IMG/VR virus record: IMGVR_UViG_3300036824_000037
Coordinates: 64,817 to 128,816 of that record
DNA length: 64,000 bases
Source of the DNA: a virus
Lineage: Duplodnaviria; Caudoviricetes
Direction: 5' to 3' (one strand)
A model generated the notes under the pieces. The model was given only the letters and a program-made list of their open reading frames with translations, made no database searches and had not been told where the DNA came from. A program made the translations under genes and the position numbers. This document shows positions 7,766-17,499 of the stretch, piece after piece; position 1 is the first letter of the stretch, and every line of letters starts with the position of its first letter.

Positions 7766-8932
7766 TCACCGCCGCACCCACACGCCCGCGCCCCGCGGGT
7801 GCGCCTTCTCCAGCGGCCCGGCCACCCGCACATTCACCGCCAGCGGACCGTTGAGCGGGTGTAGTGAGTGCCGGATCTCGCCGCCCTCCACCACCCGGCC
7901 CTTGTCGTCCGTGAGCAGCAGGAATCCGCCGGGATTGAAGTCCGGCTCCCGCGAGAGGATGTCCGCCGCGACCTGGAGCATCGGCTCCGAGACGGGCCTC
8001 GGGATGTGCACCGCCAGCAGCGACCCGACCTGCTTGAAGCCCTCCGGCGGCTTCTTGCCGACCGTCACCCCGGCGCGCGCCAGGCAGCTGCGGGAGTGCT
8101 CGCGCAGCAACGTCTCGGCCGCGCCGTCCGTCTTGAGTACCCGGCGCCACGAGCAGTGCGAGCATCGGGCGTGGTAAGCGCCAGTTGCCGTGGAGGCGTT
8201 CGTGAGGGCGTCGGAGATCCGCTTCGCCATGCCGGTCACCGCCTCGTGCAGCGCCTCCACGTCCGAGGCGAGCGTCCCGCGCGGATACACGGTGCACTGC
8301 GGGTCGCCCTCGTTGTGCACCAGGCAGAACACGCCCCGCTCGCCACTGGCCGGGACCTTGGCGCACGGCTGCCGCATCGGCTCGCAGCCGCACGACGTCC
8401 ACCGGCCGTGAGCCGAGAACCCGAAACAGTGGTGCGCCCGCGCGGTCGCCGGCTTCGTGCTGGCCGCCGCCAGTTCCCCGGCGCAGCGCGAGCACCCGAA
8501 CTGAGCGACGTGCACGCCGTTGATGTGGTGCGACTCGTGCGCCAAAGCCTCCCGCTCATCCGCACTCGGCCGGTACGGCACGACCTGCGCGCACCCGTAA
8601 TGCGCCCGGTGCGGCCCATAGGCGACGACCCGCACCAGCGCCGGATCGATCTCGCCGGACAGGCCGTCAGCGTCGAGCGCGGCCAACTCGTCGAGGTCTT
8701 CGAGCCCGCACACAGGACACTGGCCGGGCGCCGGGTCTGGGGCCTTCAGCTCCCAGCCCGGCGGCGACCACTGCGGCGTTGGCGAGGGCTCAACACTCCA
8801 CGGCCGCCTTGCGAACAGTCCGCCGGCCGCCGACCGCAGCCACTCCCAGATCGCGGCCATCCGCCCCGTGGCGATCAGCCACAGCGACACCACGGCCTCC
8901 AACGCGACGAGGGCGGCGATCGCGAGGTTCAT
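7766..8932 (-). CDS. membrane-anchored multi-Zn-finger hypothetical protein
   Basis: N-terminal TM helix; CPVC, CSRC and CSHC motifs. Confidence 0.6.
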   Translation of the reverse strand: MNLAIAALVALEAVVSLWLIATGRMAAIWEWLRSAAGGLFARRPWSVEPSPTPQWSPPGWELKAPDPAPGQCPVCGLEDLDELAALDADGLSGEIDPALVRVVAYGPHRAHYGCAQVVPYRPSADEREALAHESHHINGVHVAQFGCSRCAGELAAASTKPATARAHHCFGFSAHGRWTSCGCEPMRQPCAKVPASGERGVFCLVHNEGDPQCTVYPRGTLASDVEALHEAVTGMAKRISDALTNASTATGAYHARCSHCSWRRVLKTDGAAETLLREHSRSCLARAGVTVGKKPPEGFKQVGSLLAVHIPRPVSEPMLQVAADILSREPDFNPGGFLLLTDDKGRVVEGGEIRHSLHPLNGPLAVNVRVAGPLEKAHPRGAGVWVRR

Positions 8933-8968
8933 TGCCCACCCCAAACGCGCGTTCCAGGCGTGGCCTGG

Positions 8969-9361
8969 TCACTCATCACTTTCCTCCGCTTCAAGCAGCG
9001 ACTCCTCCACGGTCGCGCCCATGGCCCGCAGCGCCTGCACCGGGTCCGCCGCGAGCACGCACCCGCACGGCAGCGCACGCACCACAGCGCCGGCCATGTT
9101 CACCCGGAACGCGCCGTGATCCACGCTGTCCGGGTGCTCCGGCGGCGGCGGGGAACGCAGTTCGCAGCCCTCCACCGCCACATCCTCAGCCGGCTCGCCG
9201 CACTGCGGGCATACGAGCCCCGACGACGCCGGTGTGAGCGTCACGGTCCGCGTCGCCGACTGGCGCCCCGTCGCGTACCGGGCGAGCAGGCCCGCGTCCT
9301 CGGCCTCGAACGGCGCCGAGAACGAGGCGGACAGCGAACCCGCGCGGATCCCGTCGGTCAC
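8969..9361 (-). CDS. Zn-ribbon hypothetical protein
   Basis: CPQC ... PCGC. Confidence 0.6.
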   Translation of the reverse strand: MTDGIRAGSLSASFSAPFEAEDAGLLARYATGRQSATRTVTLTPASSGLVCPQCGEPAEDVAVEGCELRSPPPPEHPDSVDHGAFRVNMAGAVVRALPCGCVLAADPVQALRAMGATVEESLLEAEESDE

Positions 9362-9681
9362 GTCACGCTCACCGTGGCCTTCGGATGGCTCGCGCACTCT
9401 GCCACGAACCGCTCCAGGAACTCCAGCGTGATTTCCGAGTTGCCCCAGCCGTTCTCCGGGTTCATCGCGCTGTACGCCTTGGGCCGGTCCTGCATGTCGG
9501 CGACCGCCCTGCGCAATCGGGGCAGCACCTCGCCCGCGTTCTCGCCGTCCAAGTCGCGCAGACCGCAGCCCAACGCCTCACGGAACATCGGCCCCACGTT
9601 GTAGGTGATGTTCCCGACGTCGGCAACGCAGGCCATGCACTCGCCCCCAGTGTCGATCCGCAGGGTCACGTCGTAACTCAC
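9358..9681 (-). CDS. conserved phage hypothetical protein
   Basis: NITYN..M and NPENGWG motifs, recurrent in phages. Confidence 0.75.
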   Translation of the reverse strand: MSYDVTLRIDTGGECMACVADVGNITYNVGPMFREALGCGLRDLDGENAGEVLPRLRRAVADMQDRPKAYSAMNPENGWGNSEITLEFLERFVAECASHPKATVSVT

Positions 9682-10055
9682 AGCTTCGCCCACCAGTCCC
9701 TCAGCCGCAGCAGTGCCGTGATCGCCTCCACGGCCTCGTCCGCGCACACCGGATCGTCGTACTCCACCTCGAGCCGTACCCGCGTGCGCCCGATCGGCGG
9801 GCCCGTCAGCAGATACGCGTCACGGGTCGTGTTGATCGCCCATGTGCAGATGTGCGGACCCCCGTGCGCCTCGGGTTCACTGCCTTCAGCGACGGACGCG
9901 GCGAGCAGGTACTTCCACCCGAACTCGCGCGCCTCATCCGGCGTCATGTAGTCGTCGTCGCCCGGCGACATGACCACGACGCGGCCGCCCTCGACCCAGC
10001 CCTGCTCACGCACCTGCTCGGCGAGGTCGTTGCGGTGGATGTGCGGCATGGTCAC
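9678..10055 (-). CDS. hypothetical protein
   Basis: GTGA coupling. Confidence 0.6.
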   Translation of the reverse strand: MTMPHIHRNDLAEQVREQGWVEGGRVVVMSPGDDDYMTPDEAREFGWKYLLAASVAEGSEPEAHGGPHICTWAINTTRDAYLLTGPPIGRTRVRLEVEYDDPVCADEAVEAITALLRLRDWWAKL

Positions 10056-10318
10056 CTCGCCCGAGCGTCCGGGTCGACGAAGATGGCGTAGGTGTCGATG
10101 CTCGCCTGCCGGCCCGCGAACACCCCGCACACCTGCAACACCGCGCCCTTCGCCCGCGCCTCCGCCTGCGCCATGTCCTCCGCGGTGCGCGCATCCCCGG
10201 CCGGGTAGTACTCGAGCCAGCGCTCCATCGTCTCGGGGAAGAATCCGACGACGGTGCACCACCCCATCTCTTCCTGCAGTTCCTCGGCGAGGATCTCCGC
10301 CGCGTCCCGGGACGCCAT
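10052..10318 (-). CDS. hypothetical protein
   Basis: TGATG coupling. Confidence 0.65.
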   Translation of the reverse strand: MASRDAAEILAEELQEEMGWCTVVGFFPETMERWLEYYPAGDARTAEDMAQAEARAKGAVLQVCGVFAGRQASIDTYAIFVDPDARAR

Positions 10319-10884
10319 CAGTGCCGTCCCGCGCTGCGCGAACCGCTGTAGCCGCTACTGCGCGACGAACTCGACCCGGAACCCGAGCCGCCGCGCGACC
10401 CGCCGCCGTACGAGGTCGTGCTGCGCGACCCGGACCCGAACTGCTTCGTGTTCACCTTCGACCCGGTGACCGTGCCCCCCGCCGACGACTTGTACACCGC
10501 CTTCGCCGAGGCTGTCTTGATCTGGGTGCGGTACGTCGTGGAGAAGTGCACGACGGTGACGCTGCGGTACCGGGTCCGGTAGCTGACCGGGACGTAGGTG
10601 TTGTAGTACGCGGGCGAGGAGTAGTAGTCCCAGTACGCCTCTTCCCAGCTGAGCGCCATCGGGGTGGGGATCGACCCGACGGGGCACAGCCCGGCCGCCA
10701 TGAGGTTGTACGCCTCCTGCGCGTCCTGGACGTAGTAGCACTCGCGCACGTTGTTCACGCTCTGCCAGTACGCGGCCGGGGTGTACGTCGCTGCGGCACT
10801 GTCGTCGGACGAGCCGCAGGCGGCGAGCGTCCCGGCGAACACGGCGCCGGCCATGAGCACCGCGACGCGGCGGGGGATCTTCAT
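10318..10884 (-). CDS. lipoprotein with Ser/Gly/Arg-rich tail
   Basis: Signal peptide with lipobox LAAC; low-complexity C-terminus. Confidence 0.8.
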   Translation of the reverse strand: MKIPRRVAVLMAGAVFAGTLAACGSSDDSAAATYTPAAYWQSVNNVRECYYVQDAQEAYNLMAAGLCPVGSIPTPMALSWEEAYWDYYSSPAYYNTYVPVSYRTRYRSVTVVHFSTTYRTQIKTASAKAVYKSSAGGTVTGSKVNTKQFGSGSRSTTSYGGGSRGGSGSGSSSSRSSGYSGSRSAGRH

Positions 10885-10966
10885 CGGGTCCTTCTCTCGG
10901 TTGGTTAAACGTTAGATGATCAGATGTCTGATGAGGCCAGGGTTGTGCGCCGAAGAGCGGTGCGGG

Positions 10967-11299
10967 TCAGCCGGTCGGCGTCTGCGCGTCCACGGGCACC
11001 TCGACCCACTCCCCGGCGCGATGCCAGCGCTGACGCCGCACCAGCGTCCACGCACCCGCCGGCATCAGCGCGATGAACTCGCGCGCGTCCTGCTCGTCGT
11101 CGCGCAGGTCGACTCGAGCCGGATCGCGCCACGCCCGGCAGCGAACGCCCCACTCGGTGTACGGCGACCCGAACGCCTCGAGCTCGTCCGCCATCGCCGC
11201 GGCGAGCGGAACCAGCGCTTCGCGCGCGTCGAGCCCGTCCGTGGTCGGCTGCTGCGCCCGCTCGACCAGGGCGCGCACCCGGGCAAGGTCGATACTCAC
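10967..11299 (-). CDS. hypothetical protein
   Basis: EWGVR ... LVRR..W motif. Confidence 0.6.
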   Translation of the reverse strand: MSIDLARVRALVERAQQPTTDGLDAREALVPLAAAMADELEAFGSPYTEWGVRCRAWRDPARVDLRDDEQDAREFIALMPAGAWTLVRRQRWHRAGEWVEVPVDAQTPTG

Positions 11300-11610
11300 G
11301 ACCACTCCCGGCCGTTGTAATCGCAATGCGCGCCGTTGTGGTCGCGTTCCTTCTCGCACTGCACGGGCACGTCCTGGACGTCACCCTCGGCGAAACACTG
11401 CCGCACGATCCCGTGCTTGCGAAACGCGTCCACGATCGCCTCGTCGTCCTCGAACTCGCTAAGGCTCTCGCCTTCCGTGTCCCAGCCGCGGTTCTGGAGC
11501 GCGGCGATTAAGACGTTGCAGACGTCCCGCTTGAGGTCGTCGCTGGCGCCGTGCTCGATCAGTTTGCGCGCGACGGGGTCGAATACCTCGTCGCCACCAG
11601 CCCAGCCCAT
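11296..11610 (-). CDS. conserved actinophage hypothetical protein
   Basis: MGWAGG.EVFDPVA ... WDT..ESL; AAGGAG RBS. Confidence 0.7.
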   Translation of the reverse strand: MGWAGGDEVFDPVARKLIEHGASDDLKRDVCNVLIAALQNRGWDTEGESLSEFEDDEAIVDAFRKHGIVRQCFAEGDVQDVPVQCEKERDHNGAHCDYNGREWS

Positions 11611-11611
11611 G

Positions 11612-12013
11612 TCAGTGCTCCTTGAAAAGTTCGGTGGTGATGTCCTGTCGGCTGAACGATCCGGTGCCAGCGAGTGCGTCACCCAGCAGGCTCTCCGCGT
11701 TCATCCATGCAACGCGTTGGACGTGATCGGTGGACATCTCGACGACCTGTCTCATCGCCTCCCGGCACCGCTCTACGCGTTCAATCACCCCGCGCAGGTC
11801 CGTGTTCTCCCGCCGCAGCCGGACAGGCTCATCCCCGCCGAGCCCGAGTCGCCGCTGTCGTAGGCGCCGCGTCAGGCGCTTGCGGTCGGACAACACCAGA
11901 CGCAGGTCATCATCAACGGCCGCGTCGATGGCCGGCTGCTGGGATTCGGCCGTGAACAGTCTCCCCAGTCGCTCAGCGGCCAGATCCGCAGGTGTCTCGT
12001 CGGTTTCGGGCAT
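11612..12013 (-). CDS. hypothetical protein
   Basis: GGAGG RBS, coupled. Confidence 0.6.
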   Translation of the reverse strand: MPETDETPADLAAERLGRLFTAESQQPAIDAAVDDDLRLVLSDRKRLTRRLRQRRLGLGGDEPVRLRRENTDLRGVIERVERCREAMRQVVEMSTDHVQRVAWMNAESLLGDALAGTGSFSRQDITTELFKEH

Positions 12014-12387
12014 CAGTTGCCTCCTTCACTCTTGCCGCCCACGCGCGCCTCTTCAGCGCAGGGAATGCACGGTGTCTGGTCGAACCCGGTCTGCCGACAG
12101 TTGTGGCAGCCCTTGCCGGGCACGTCGGGCCGCGGCGAGCAGGACAGGCACACATGCGAGCGCCCGCACGGAAACCTGGCCGCCTGCGGGTCCGCCGGGT
12201 ACGGCCACGCTCCGGTGTCCCGCTCCTCGATACGCCGGTCCCGCAATTCCTCGAGCCACTCCACGACCCGGGCGACCCGGCGCAGCTCGGTGTTGGCGTC
12301 CTTCAGGTGCGCGGCGATGGCCTCGGGGGAGGCGTTGCGCTCGAACGACGCGCGGTACGCGGGCTGTACGTCCCAACGGGCGGCCAT
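12013..12387 (-). CDS. hypothetical protein with C-terminal Zn finger
   Basis: CLSC, CHNC and CIPC motifs. Confidence 0.6.
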   Translation of the reverse strand: MAARWDVQPAYRASFERNASPEAIAAHLKDANTELRRVARVVEWLEELRDRRIEERDTGAWPYPADPQAARFPCGRSHVCLSCSPRPDVPGKGCHNCRQTGFDQTPCIPCAEEARVGGKSEGGN

Positions 12388-13013
12388 CAGTTGCCTCCCG
12401 TCGCGACGACGGCCCGGATCCCGGACCGGCTGATGATCCGCTCGACCTTCGCCGCGAACACACCCTCCGTCACGTCCGTGTCCTGGGTGAAGTGCTGCAT
12501 CGCGCACAGCGCCGTCACCGCCACGTCCGCCAACTCGTTCAACAGGTCGTCCAGTGAGTGGGTCACACCCTTGCGTGGGTTCTGCCCCACCATCCCGATA
12601 TACGCGGCGACGGCCTCGCCGCACTCCTCGGCGAGCTTCATCACCCGCATCGAGTCCTCGTGCGGCCCGACCGGGTTGGACTCGTCGAGCCACCGCGTGA
12701 TCGCGCCGATGTCCGCGAACAGGTCGCCGGCGCTGGACGCGGCACGCAGCCGATCCACCTCCGCGGCTAGCTCCTCGCGGCTGCGGTGGCCTGGCCCCGG
12801 GATGCCCAGGTCGACCCAGGCGCCGTCGCGCAACTCCTTGGTCACACCCACGGTGCGCCGGTAGCGCAGCCTGTTGCCCGTCTCCGGGTGCCAGCCCTCG
12901 TGCCAGTTCGCCCGGTGCGTGCAGGGCAGCACGCACTGCACGGGCAGCGACCAGTGGACCGAGATGCAGCGCTCCGGGTTGGTCATGTCGGGGGCGAGCG
13001 GCGGGATCTTCAT
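12387..13013 (-). CDS. mazG: MazG-like NTP pyrophosphohydrolase
   Basis: KLAEECGE ... NPRKGVTH ... NELADV. Confidence 0.85.
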   Translation of the reverse strand: MKIPPLAPDMTNPERCISVHWSLPVQCVLPCTHRANWHEGWHPETGNRLRYRRTVGVTKELRDGAWVDLGIPGPGHRSREELAAEVDRLRAASSAGDLFADIGAITRWLDESNPVGPHEDSMRVMKLAEECGEAVAAYIGMVGQNPRKGVTHSLDDLLNELADVAVTALCAMQHFTQDTDVTEGVFAAKVERIISRSGIRAVVATGGN

Positions 13014-13501
13014 CGCATCTCCAACGCGGTCTTGAGGTCGTCGAAGAACCGCACAACGTTGAGCATTAAGTTCTGGTCGAGTTCCTCGGCCCGCTTGACA
13101 ACCGATCTGGCCGCGTCGAGTTGCCCGCAGGCGTGGTCGTACTCCTGCTTGACGGTGGGCTCCCAGCCCACGTACTTCGCCAGCTCCACGCGCAGCCGGA
13201 TCACCTCGGCGATCAGGTCCCGCATGTCCGTCGGCGCCGCGGCCACGAACTTGGCGATCAGCTCGGCGTCGTACCGGCGCTCGGTCTCGACGCAGGTGCG
13301 GTACGCGCCCTCGATCTCGCCGACGATGTACTCACCCGCGGTGGCGAGGACGATCTCGTCCGTTTCGATCGTCCAGCCGTTGACCCCGTCGTCGTCGTCG
13401 TAGTCGAGGTGCGGTTCGGCGGCCCACGGGTGCTCGGTGGCCGGGATGCGCGCCTCGATCTCGGCGAGGCGGTCGTCGGACAGCGCAGTATCGGCGCCCA
13501 T
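13010..13501 (-). CDS. Ead/Ea22-like protein
   Basis: RLAEIEAR..ATEHPW ... AKFVAAAPTDMRDLIAEVIRLR. Confidence 0.6.
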   Translation of the reverse strand: MGADTALSDDRLAEIEARIPATEHPWAAEPHLDYDDDDGVNGWTIETDEIVLATAGEYIVGEIEGAYRTCVETERRYDAELIAKFVAAAPTDMRDLIAEVIRLRVELAKYVGWEPTVKQEYDHACGQLDAARSVVKRAEELDQNLMLNVVRFFDDLKTALEMR

Positions 13502-14022
13502 CACTCGCCACCCGTCGACGCTGCGGCGAGCAGTGCCCGCTGTGCGTCCGTGAGGTCTTCCATCGGCACGTCGACCTCGGTGGTGACCTTGATGCGCCAC
13601 ACCCGCCACTCCGTTGGGATGCCGTCGAGGTACATGTCCACCGCGCCCTGCTCCTCGGTGGAGTCGGCCCAGGTGAACGTGCCGGTTTCGCCGGTGCGGT
13701 TCGTGTAGTCGATCTCGGCGGCGAGTTGCGCGAGTACGCGGGTGGCGAACGGGTCGCCGTCCGGGCGCCAGTCCTCACCGTCGGTGAAGTTCCACACCGG
13801 CGCCGGCGGGAGCGGGAACACCGCGTCCAGGTAACCGCGAATCTCGCTGACATCGCGCTCGTCGAGTTCGCGGGTGAGCAGGTTCTTGCCGGAGCCGTTG
13901 AACTTCGGGCCGGCCAGCCGGTAGCCGTGGCCCACACCCGTCTCGTTGAGTTGATTGATGGAGAGTTGGAGTTTGCCGGTCCATTCGTCCCGGTCGACGT
14001 CGATCACGATCCTGTTGGGCAT
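13501..14022 (-). CDS. hypothetical protein
   Basis: GYRLAGPKF motif; AGGAG RBS. Confidence 0.7.
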   Translation of the reverse strand: MPNRIVIDVDRDEWTGKLQLSINQLNETGVGHGYRLAGPKFNGSGKNLLTRELDERDVSEIRGYLDAVFPLPPAPVWNFTDGEDWRPDGDPFATRVLAQLAAEIDYTNRTGETGTFTWADSTEEQGAVDMYLDGIPTEWRVWRIKVTTEVDVPMEDLTDAQRALLAAASTGGE

Positions 14023-14097
14023 GTGCTGCTCCTGTCGTTCGGTCGGGTTGGAGCCGGGCGCACCCCGGCGGAGGGGGTCCGGGGCGCACCCGGCGGC

Positions 14098-14664
14098 TTA
14101 TGGGGTTGCCGCCTCGGCGGCTTCGGGGTGCTTGACTTCCGCGTGTTCGGCCAGGTCGAGCACGAGATCACCGCACGCCTCGCACTCGGAGCAGTTCTCG
14201 CAGAACGAGCACGGCGGATGCGCGGTCACCGCACACTGGCAGGACTCCGCAGGCGCAGCGGTCCACTCGTGGTGCTCCCGGATGCCCTCGACGATGCGCC
14301 GCAGCGCCTCGATCGCGGCGGCGTTCGACACCGGCCGCGAGGTCTCGGGCTCACCCCGGCCGCCGGACTCGAACACGCGCACCCGCTGGCGGCGGCCGTA
14401 CGGCACCGAGACGCGCAGGGGTCGTCCGGGGTAGTCGAACGCGAAGGACTTCGCCGGGTTACGCGGTGCGATCAGGTAGCCGCTGCCGTCCGGCAGGGGC
14501 GTTTTCACGCAGCCCCCACGGCTGGCCTCTTCGGCTGCGTCGAGGACCTGGTACCGGGTGGCGCTCGGGCCTCTCGGTCGGCGCGGCTTACGGGCGGCGT
14601 CCTGCCGGATCGTCCGCGCCAGCTCCGCGAATAGCGCCTCGACGACTTCGACTTCGGTGGCCAC
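14098..14664 (-). CDS. hypothetical protein with C-terminal Cys cluster
   Basis: CQC...PPCSFCENCSECEAC. Confidence 0.6.
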   Translation of the reverse strand: MATEVEVVEALFAELARTIRQDAARKPRRPRGPSATRYQVLDAAEEASRGGCVKTPLPDGSGYLIAPRNPAKSFAFDYPGRPLRVSVPYGRRQRVRVFESGGRGEPETSRPVSNAAAIEALRRIVEGIREHHEWTAAPAESCQCAVTAHPPCSFCENCSECEACGDLVLDLAEHAEVKHPEAAEAATP

Positions 14665-14666
14665 GG

Positions 14667-14926
14667 TCAGTTCCCTTCCGGGGTTGCGTGCTTGGCGAGT
14701 TCCGCGCGGCCCGCGCCGGTCACGACGGCGACTGTGTACGTCCCGTAGGCGGCAGGGGTCCGTTCGAGGAGGCCGCACTCGAAAAGCTTCTTGACGTCGG
14801 CGGTTCGGTCGAGCGCGGCGTTCGGCGGACCGACCTGCCAGGGGGCGCCGGGCCCGTGCGCCACACCCGCCCCCACGCGGCCAGGCGCAGGATCGCGAGG
14901 TGCGCGGGCGACAGGCGGGAACCCAT
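14667..14926 (-). pseudogene. small wHTH-like protein with frameshift
   Basis: MGSRLSPAHLAILR start and LFECGLLE...TGAGRAEL end lie in different frames; 260 bp. Confidence 0.45.
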
Positions 14927-14943
14927 GTCAGTGGTCTTCCGGT

Positions 14944-15246
14944 TCATGGTTGGGGGGTGTCGGGCAGCCATGGCCACGAGGGCAGCACGCGGCGCACGTC
15001 GGCGAGCACCGATAGCCAGCCCGAGCCGTACTCGCTCGTGTACTCGTGCCAGCACGCGTCGGCGTCCATCTCGATCGCGGCATCCTCGAACGCGTCACCG
15101 TCGCCAGCGTCGAGAACGGCACTCAGCCGGCCGCGCGCATCAGCCCGGCCGCCACGGAACGCGGAGGTCCAGGCGCCCTGATTGGTGTCGCTGCTGCCGT
15201 CCGCGATGCGGCACAGCTCGGCGCGCTGGGTGTCGGTGAGGTTCAT
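14944..15246 (-). CDS. hypothetical protein
   Basis: Coupled ORF; 3' end possibly frameshifted in a C6 run. Confidence 0.6.
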   Translation of the reverse strand: MNLTDTQRAELCRIADGSSDTNQGAWTSAFRGGRADARGRLSAVLDAGDGDAFEDAAIEMDADACWHEYTSEYGSGWLSVLADVRRVLPSWPWLPDTPQP

Positions 15247-15515
15247 GCCGAGGCGCCTTCCGTCGGAGTGCCGAGCAGTGCCCTGCCCGTGTCGGTGATC
15301 GCGGCGTACACGACCTGTCCGCGCGCCTCGCCCTCCACGGCCAGCCCGTCCCTGATCAGGGCGCGCATCTGCGCGGTGACCGTCGCCCGGTAGCCGCGCC
15401 GGCCAGGAGCGGACCAGTGCGAGAGCGGGTCGGCGTACCGGTACACCTCGCCGCGCGCGACCCGGGAGAGGACCTCGCGGCGCGACAGGCGCGGCTCGGG
15501 CGGATAGACGGCCAC
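15243..15515 (-). CDS. small wHTH-like protein
   Basis: ALIRDGL...ITDTGRALL motif. Confidence 0.6.
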   Translation of the reverse strand: MAVYPPEPRLSRREVLSRVARGEVYRYADPLSHWSAPGRRGYRATVTAQMRALIRDGLAVEGEARGQVVYAAITDTGRALLGTPTEGASA

Positions 15516-15517
15516 GG

Positions 15518-15706
15518 TCAGGCTCCGTTCGGGTCGGTGAGGCGGTCGCGGATGGCGCGCACGATGTCCGCGGCCCGGTCCAGGTTCTGCACGTCGGCGG
15601 CAGTGGTGTCGGCGCACTCGATCAGCTCGACGATCGCGGTCAGCGCCCGGTCCGCCTTCGCGTACGTCAGCTTCCGGGGGTGCCTGGGGTGCGTCATCGC
15701 GGGCAT
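15518..15706 (-). CDS. hypothetical protein
   Basis: Short ORF with RBS within the operon. Confidence 0.55.
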   Translation of the reverse strand: MPAMTHPRHPRKLTYAKADRALTAIVELIECADTTAADVQNLDRAADIVRAIRDRLTDPNGA

Positions 15707-15707
15707 G

Positions 15708-16550
15708 TCAGGCTCCGATCGGGATCTCAGCGGCGGCGACTATCTCCGCCATCGACAGGTCGGCCTTGAACGTGTGGCCCACCAGCTCCTCGACGGCGAG
15801 GTACTCCTGGGCCATGGCCGGATTCAGGCGGGCGGACAGGACGAGTTCCTTGCGGCCCGCGAGGACGCAGAACATGCACGACAGCCGCGGCATCCCTGCG
15901 TCGTAAGCCGGGTGGTGCGGAAGACCTGAGCGGCGGATCGTGTCCCACACCTGCTCAGTTGTCCAGTCGAAGATGGGTAGCCACCGGTCGACAGTGCGTC
16001 GACTGTTGCTTGCGGCCCCATCAGGGCCGAATGGCACCTTCTTGGCGCGCGCCGGTGACTCCTCGGCCCTGATGCCCAGGCAGTTCAGGATCCTGATCGG
16101 GCGGTCTGGGTGCGCGGCACGATGATCCGCGGCCAGTTGCGTCATGAACTTGGCGACCTGGGCCGTCTTCTGGTCGGACGTGCAGTACCTGGCCTGGCTG
16201 GACGGCCATGCTGGCGTGGTGGTGTCGCCCTTCGCCCGCAGCGTGAGGTGGCGCGAGACAACCTGGTCGAGCAGGTCCTCGAGGCGGCGGACGGTCACGA
16301 ATCGAAGCCCGTACGCAGCAGCCTGCGTTTCGGCGAGTTCACGGGTGCCCTCCCACTCGACGCGGCCAAGGTCGGCGTGAACGACGACGATCCGGTCGCG
16401 GGAGATGCTCTCGGCGTCGGCGCGCTCGACCAGGTGCGTAAGCATCGCCTGGGAATCCTTGCCCGCGCTGGAGTTGACGAGGACCACGTCGTAGTCGCCC
16501 AGGTCGGGCGTGGTGCGGGCGATGTCGAACAACGCCAGGGCGGCGGTCAT
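15708..16550 (-). CDS. PAPS reductase-family (PP-loop) protein
   Basis: SSAGKDS PP-loop, RYCTSDQK, GIRAEESPAR, PIFDW, RLSCMFC. Confidence 0.9.
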   Translation of the reverse strand: MTAALALFDIARTTPDLGDYDVVLVNSSAGKDSQAMLTHLVERADAESISRDRIVVVHADLGRVEWEGTRELAETQAAAYGLRFVTVRRLEDLLDQVVSRHLTLRAKGDTTTPAWPSSQARYCTSDQKTAQVAKFMTQLAADHRAAHPDRPIRILNCLGIRAEESPARAKKVPFGPDGAASNSRRTVDRWLPIFDWTTEQVWDTIRRSGLPHHPAYDAGMPRLSCMFCVLAGRKELVLSARLNPAMAQEYLAVEELVGHTFKADLSMAEIVAAAEIPIGA

Positions 16551-16552
16551 CG

Positions 16553-16741
16553 TCAGGCTCCGGTCTCGGTGGTTTCGGCGCCCAGGTACTCGCCGGTGAT
16601 GTAGCCGGGGATCGCGGCGTGGCACTCGGCCCATGACGGGCGGCTGCTGACGGACGGGACGCGGGCGATCCCGGTCTCGGTGCCGCGCGGCGTGCTGGCC
16701 GAGTAGCGGACCAGGTGGATCGTCGGGGCGGCCGAGTTGGT
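16553..16741 (-). other. 62-codon reading frame lacking a start, in frame after the TAG of the upstream gene
   Basis: GGAGG-tcgcc-TAG-ACC...; protein-like high-GC3 codons; stop abuts the next gene. Confidence 0.45.
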
Positions 16742-17332
16742 CTAGGCGACCTCCGTCAGCGCGGCGGTGCGGGCGTACGTAGCGGCTGCCTTCTGCAGGA
16801 CCGCGACGGTGTACGCGTAGACCCGCACGAGTCGGTGGCCGCGCACGTCCAGGCCGCTCTTGGCCGGGTCGGTCCCGTACTGCTCGCGGTACGCCTTGGC
16901 CTCGGCGCGCCCGAACGGGGAGCTGTACGACTTCACGAACGCCGCGTCGGTATGCAGCACGGCCGCCAGGTAGCCGGCGGCGGTGTGCTGGTCGGTGTTC
17001 ACGCGGGCGGCGACCTTGCGCAGGTTGTGCAGGCGCCGGGTGACGGAGTCGAACCGGCCAGGCTTGGCGCTGCGGGTGCGCGGGGTCTTGCGCAGGTGGT
17101 CCATCGGCTTCGGCAGTGTGACCGTGACCGTCTCGCCGATCGGGCGTAGCTGCCCGGCCGGGACGCTCCAGTGGCCGCGGTGGGTGTCGCCGGGCTGCGG
17201 GTCCTGCTCGACCAGGAACGTGTCGGCGCCGTCCTGGCGCTCGACGGTGCCGGTGTAGCTCTTGCGGGTCCAGCGCGAGGTGAAGGCGACGCGGTCGCCG
17301 GGCTGGTACTGGGCGGTGGTCGTGGCGGTCAT
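16742..17332 (-). CDS. hypothetical protein (SH3-like N-terminus)
   Basis: YQPGDRV...YTGTV motif; first gene after a strong promoter. Confidence 0.7.
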   Translation of the reverse strand: MTATTTAQYQPGDRVAFTSRWTRKSYTGTVERQDGADTFLVEQDPQPGDTHRGHWSVPAGQLRPIGETVTVTLPKPMDHLRKTPRTRSAKPGRFDSVTRRLHNLRKVAARVNTDQHTAAGYLAAVLHTDAAFVKSYSSPFGRAEAKAYREQYGTDPAKSGLDVRGHRLVRVYAYTVAVLQKAAATYARTAALTEVA

Positions 17333-17386
17333 TGCGGGTTCCCCTCCGGTTCAGCGTCCGCCTCTCGGGCGCTCCCTGCACTGAGA

Positions 17387-17478
17387 ACACTATTCGCGAA
17401 CCCTAGTCGCGTCAAGGCTGTTCGCGGATGGCATTCACGGTTACTGTGTGAACAGTGGCCCGCATACCGTTCGCGAAC
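17387..17478. promoter_or_regulatory. divergent promoters with GTTCGCGAAC-type operators
   Basis: Leftward TTGACG-N17-TAGTGT; operator copies at 17392, 17420 and 17469 (the last a perfect palindrome). Confidence 0.7.
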
Positions 17479-17499
17479 AGAGGTGACACAATGGCGCCC

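Noticed and set aside
15708-16550. Sulfate-assimilation cysH or a Dnd phosphorothioation system
   Set aside because: No other cys or dnd/ssp genes are present in the window.
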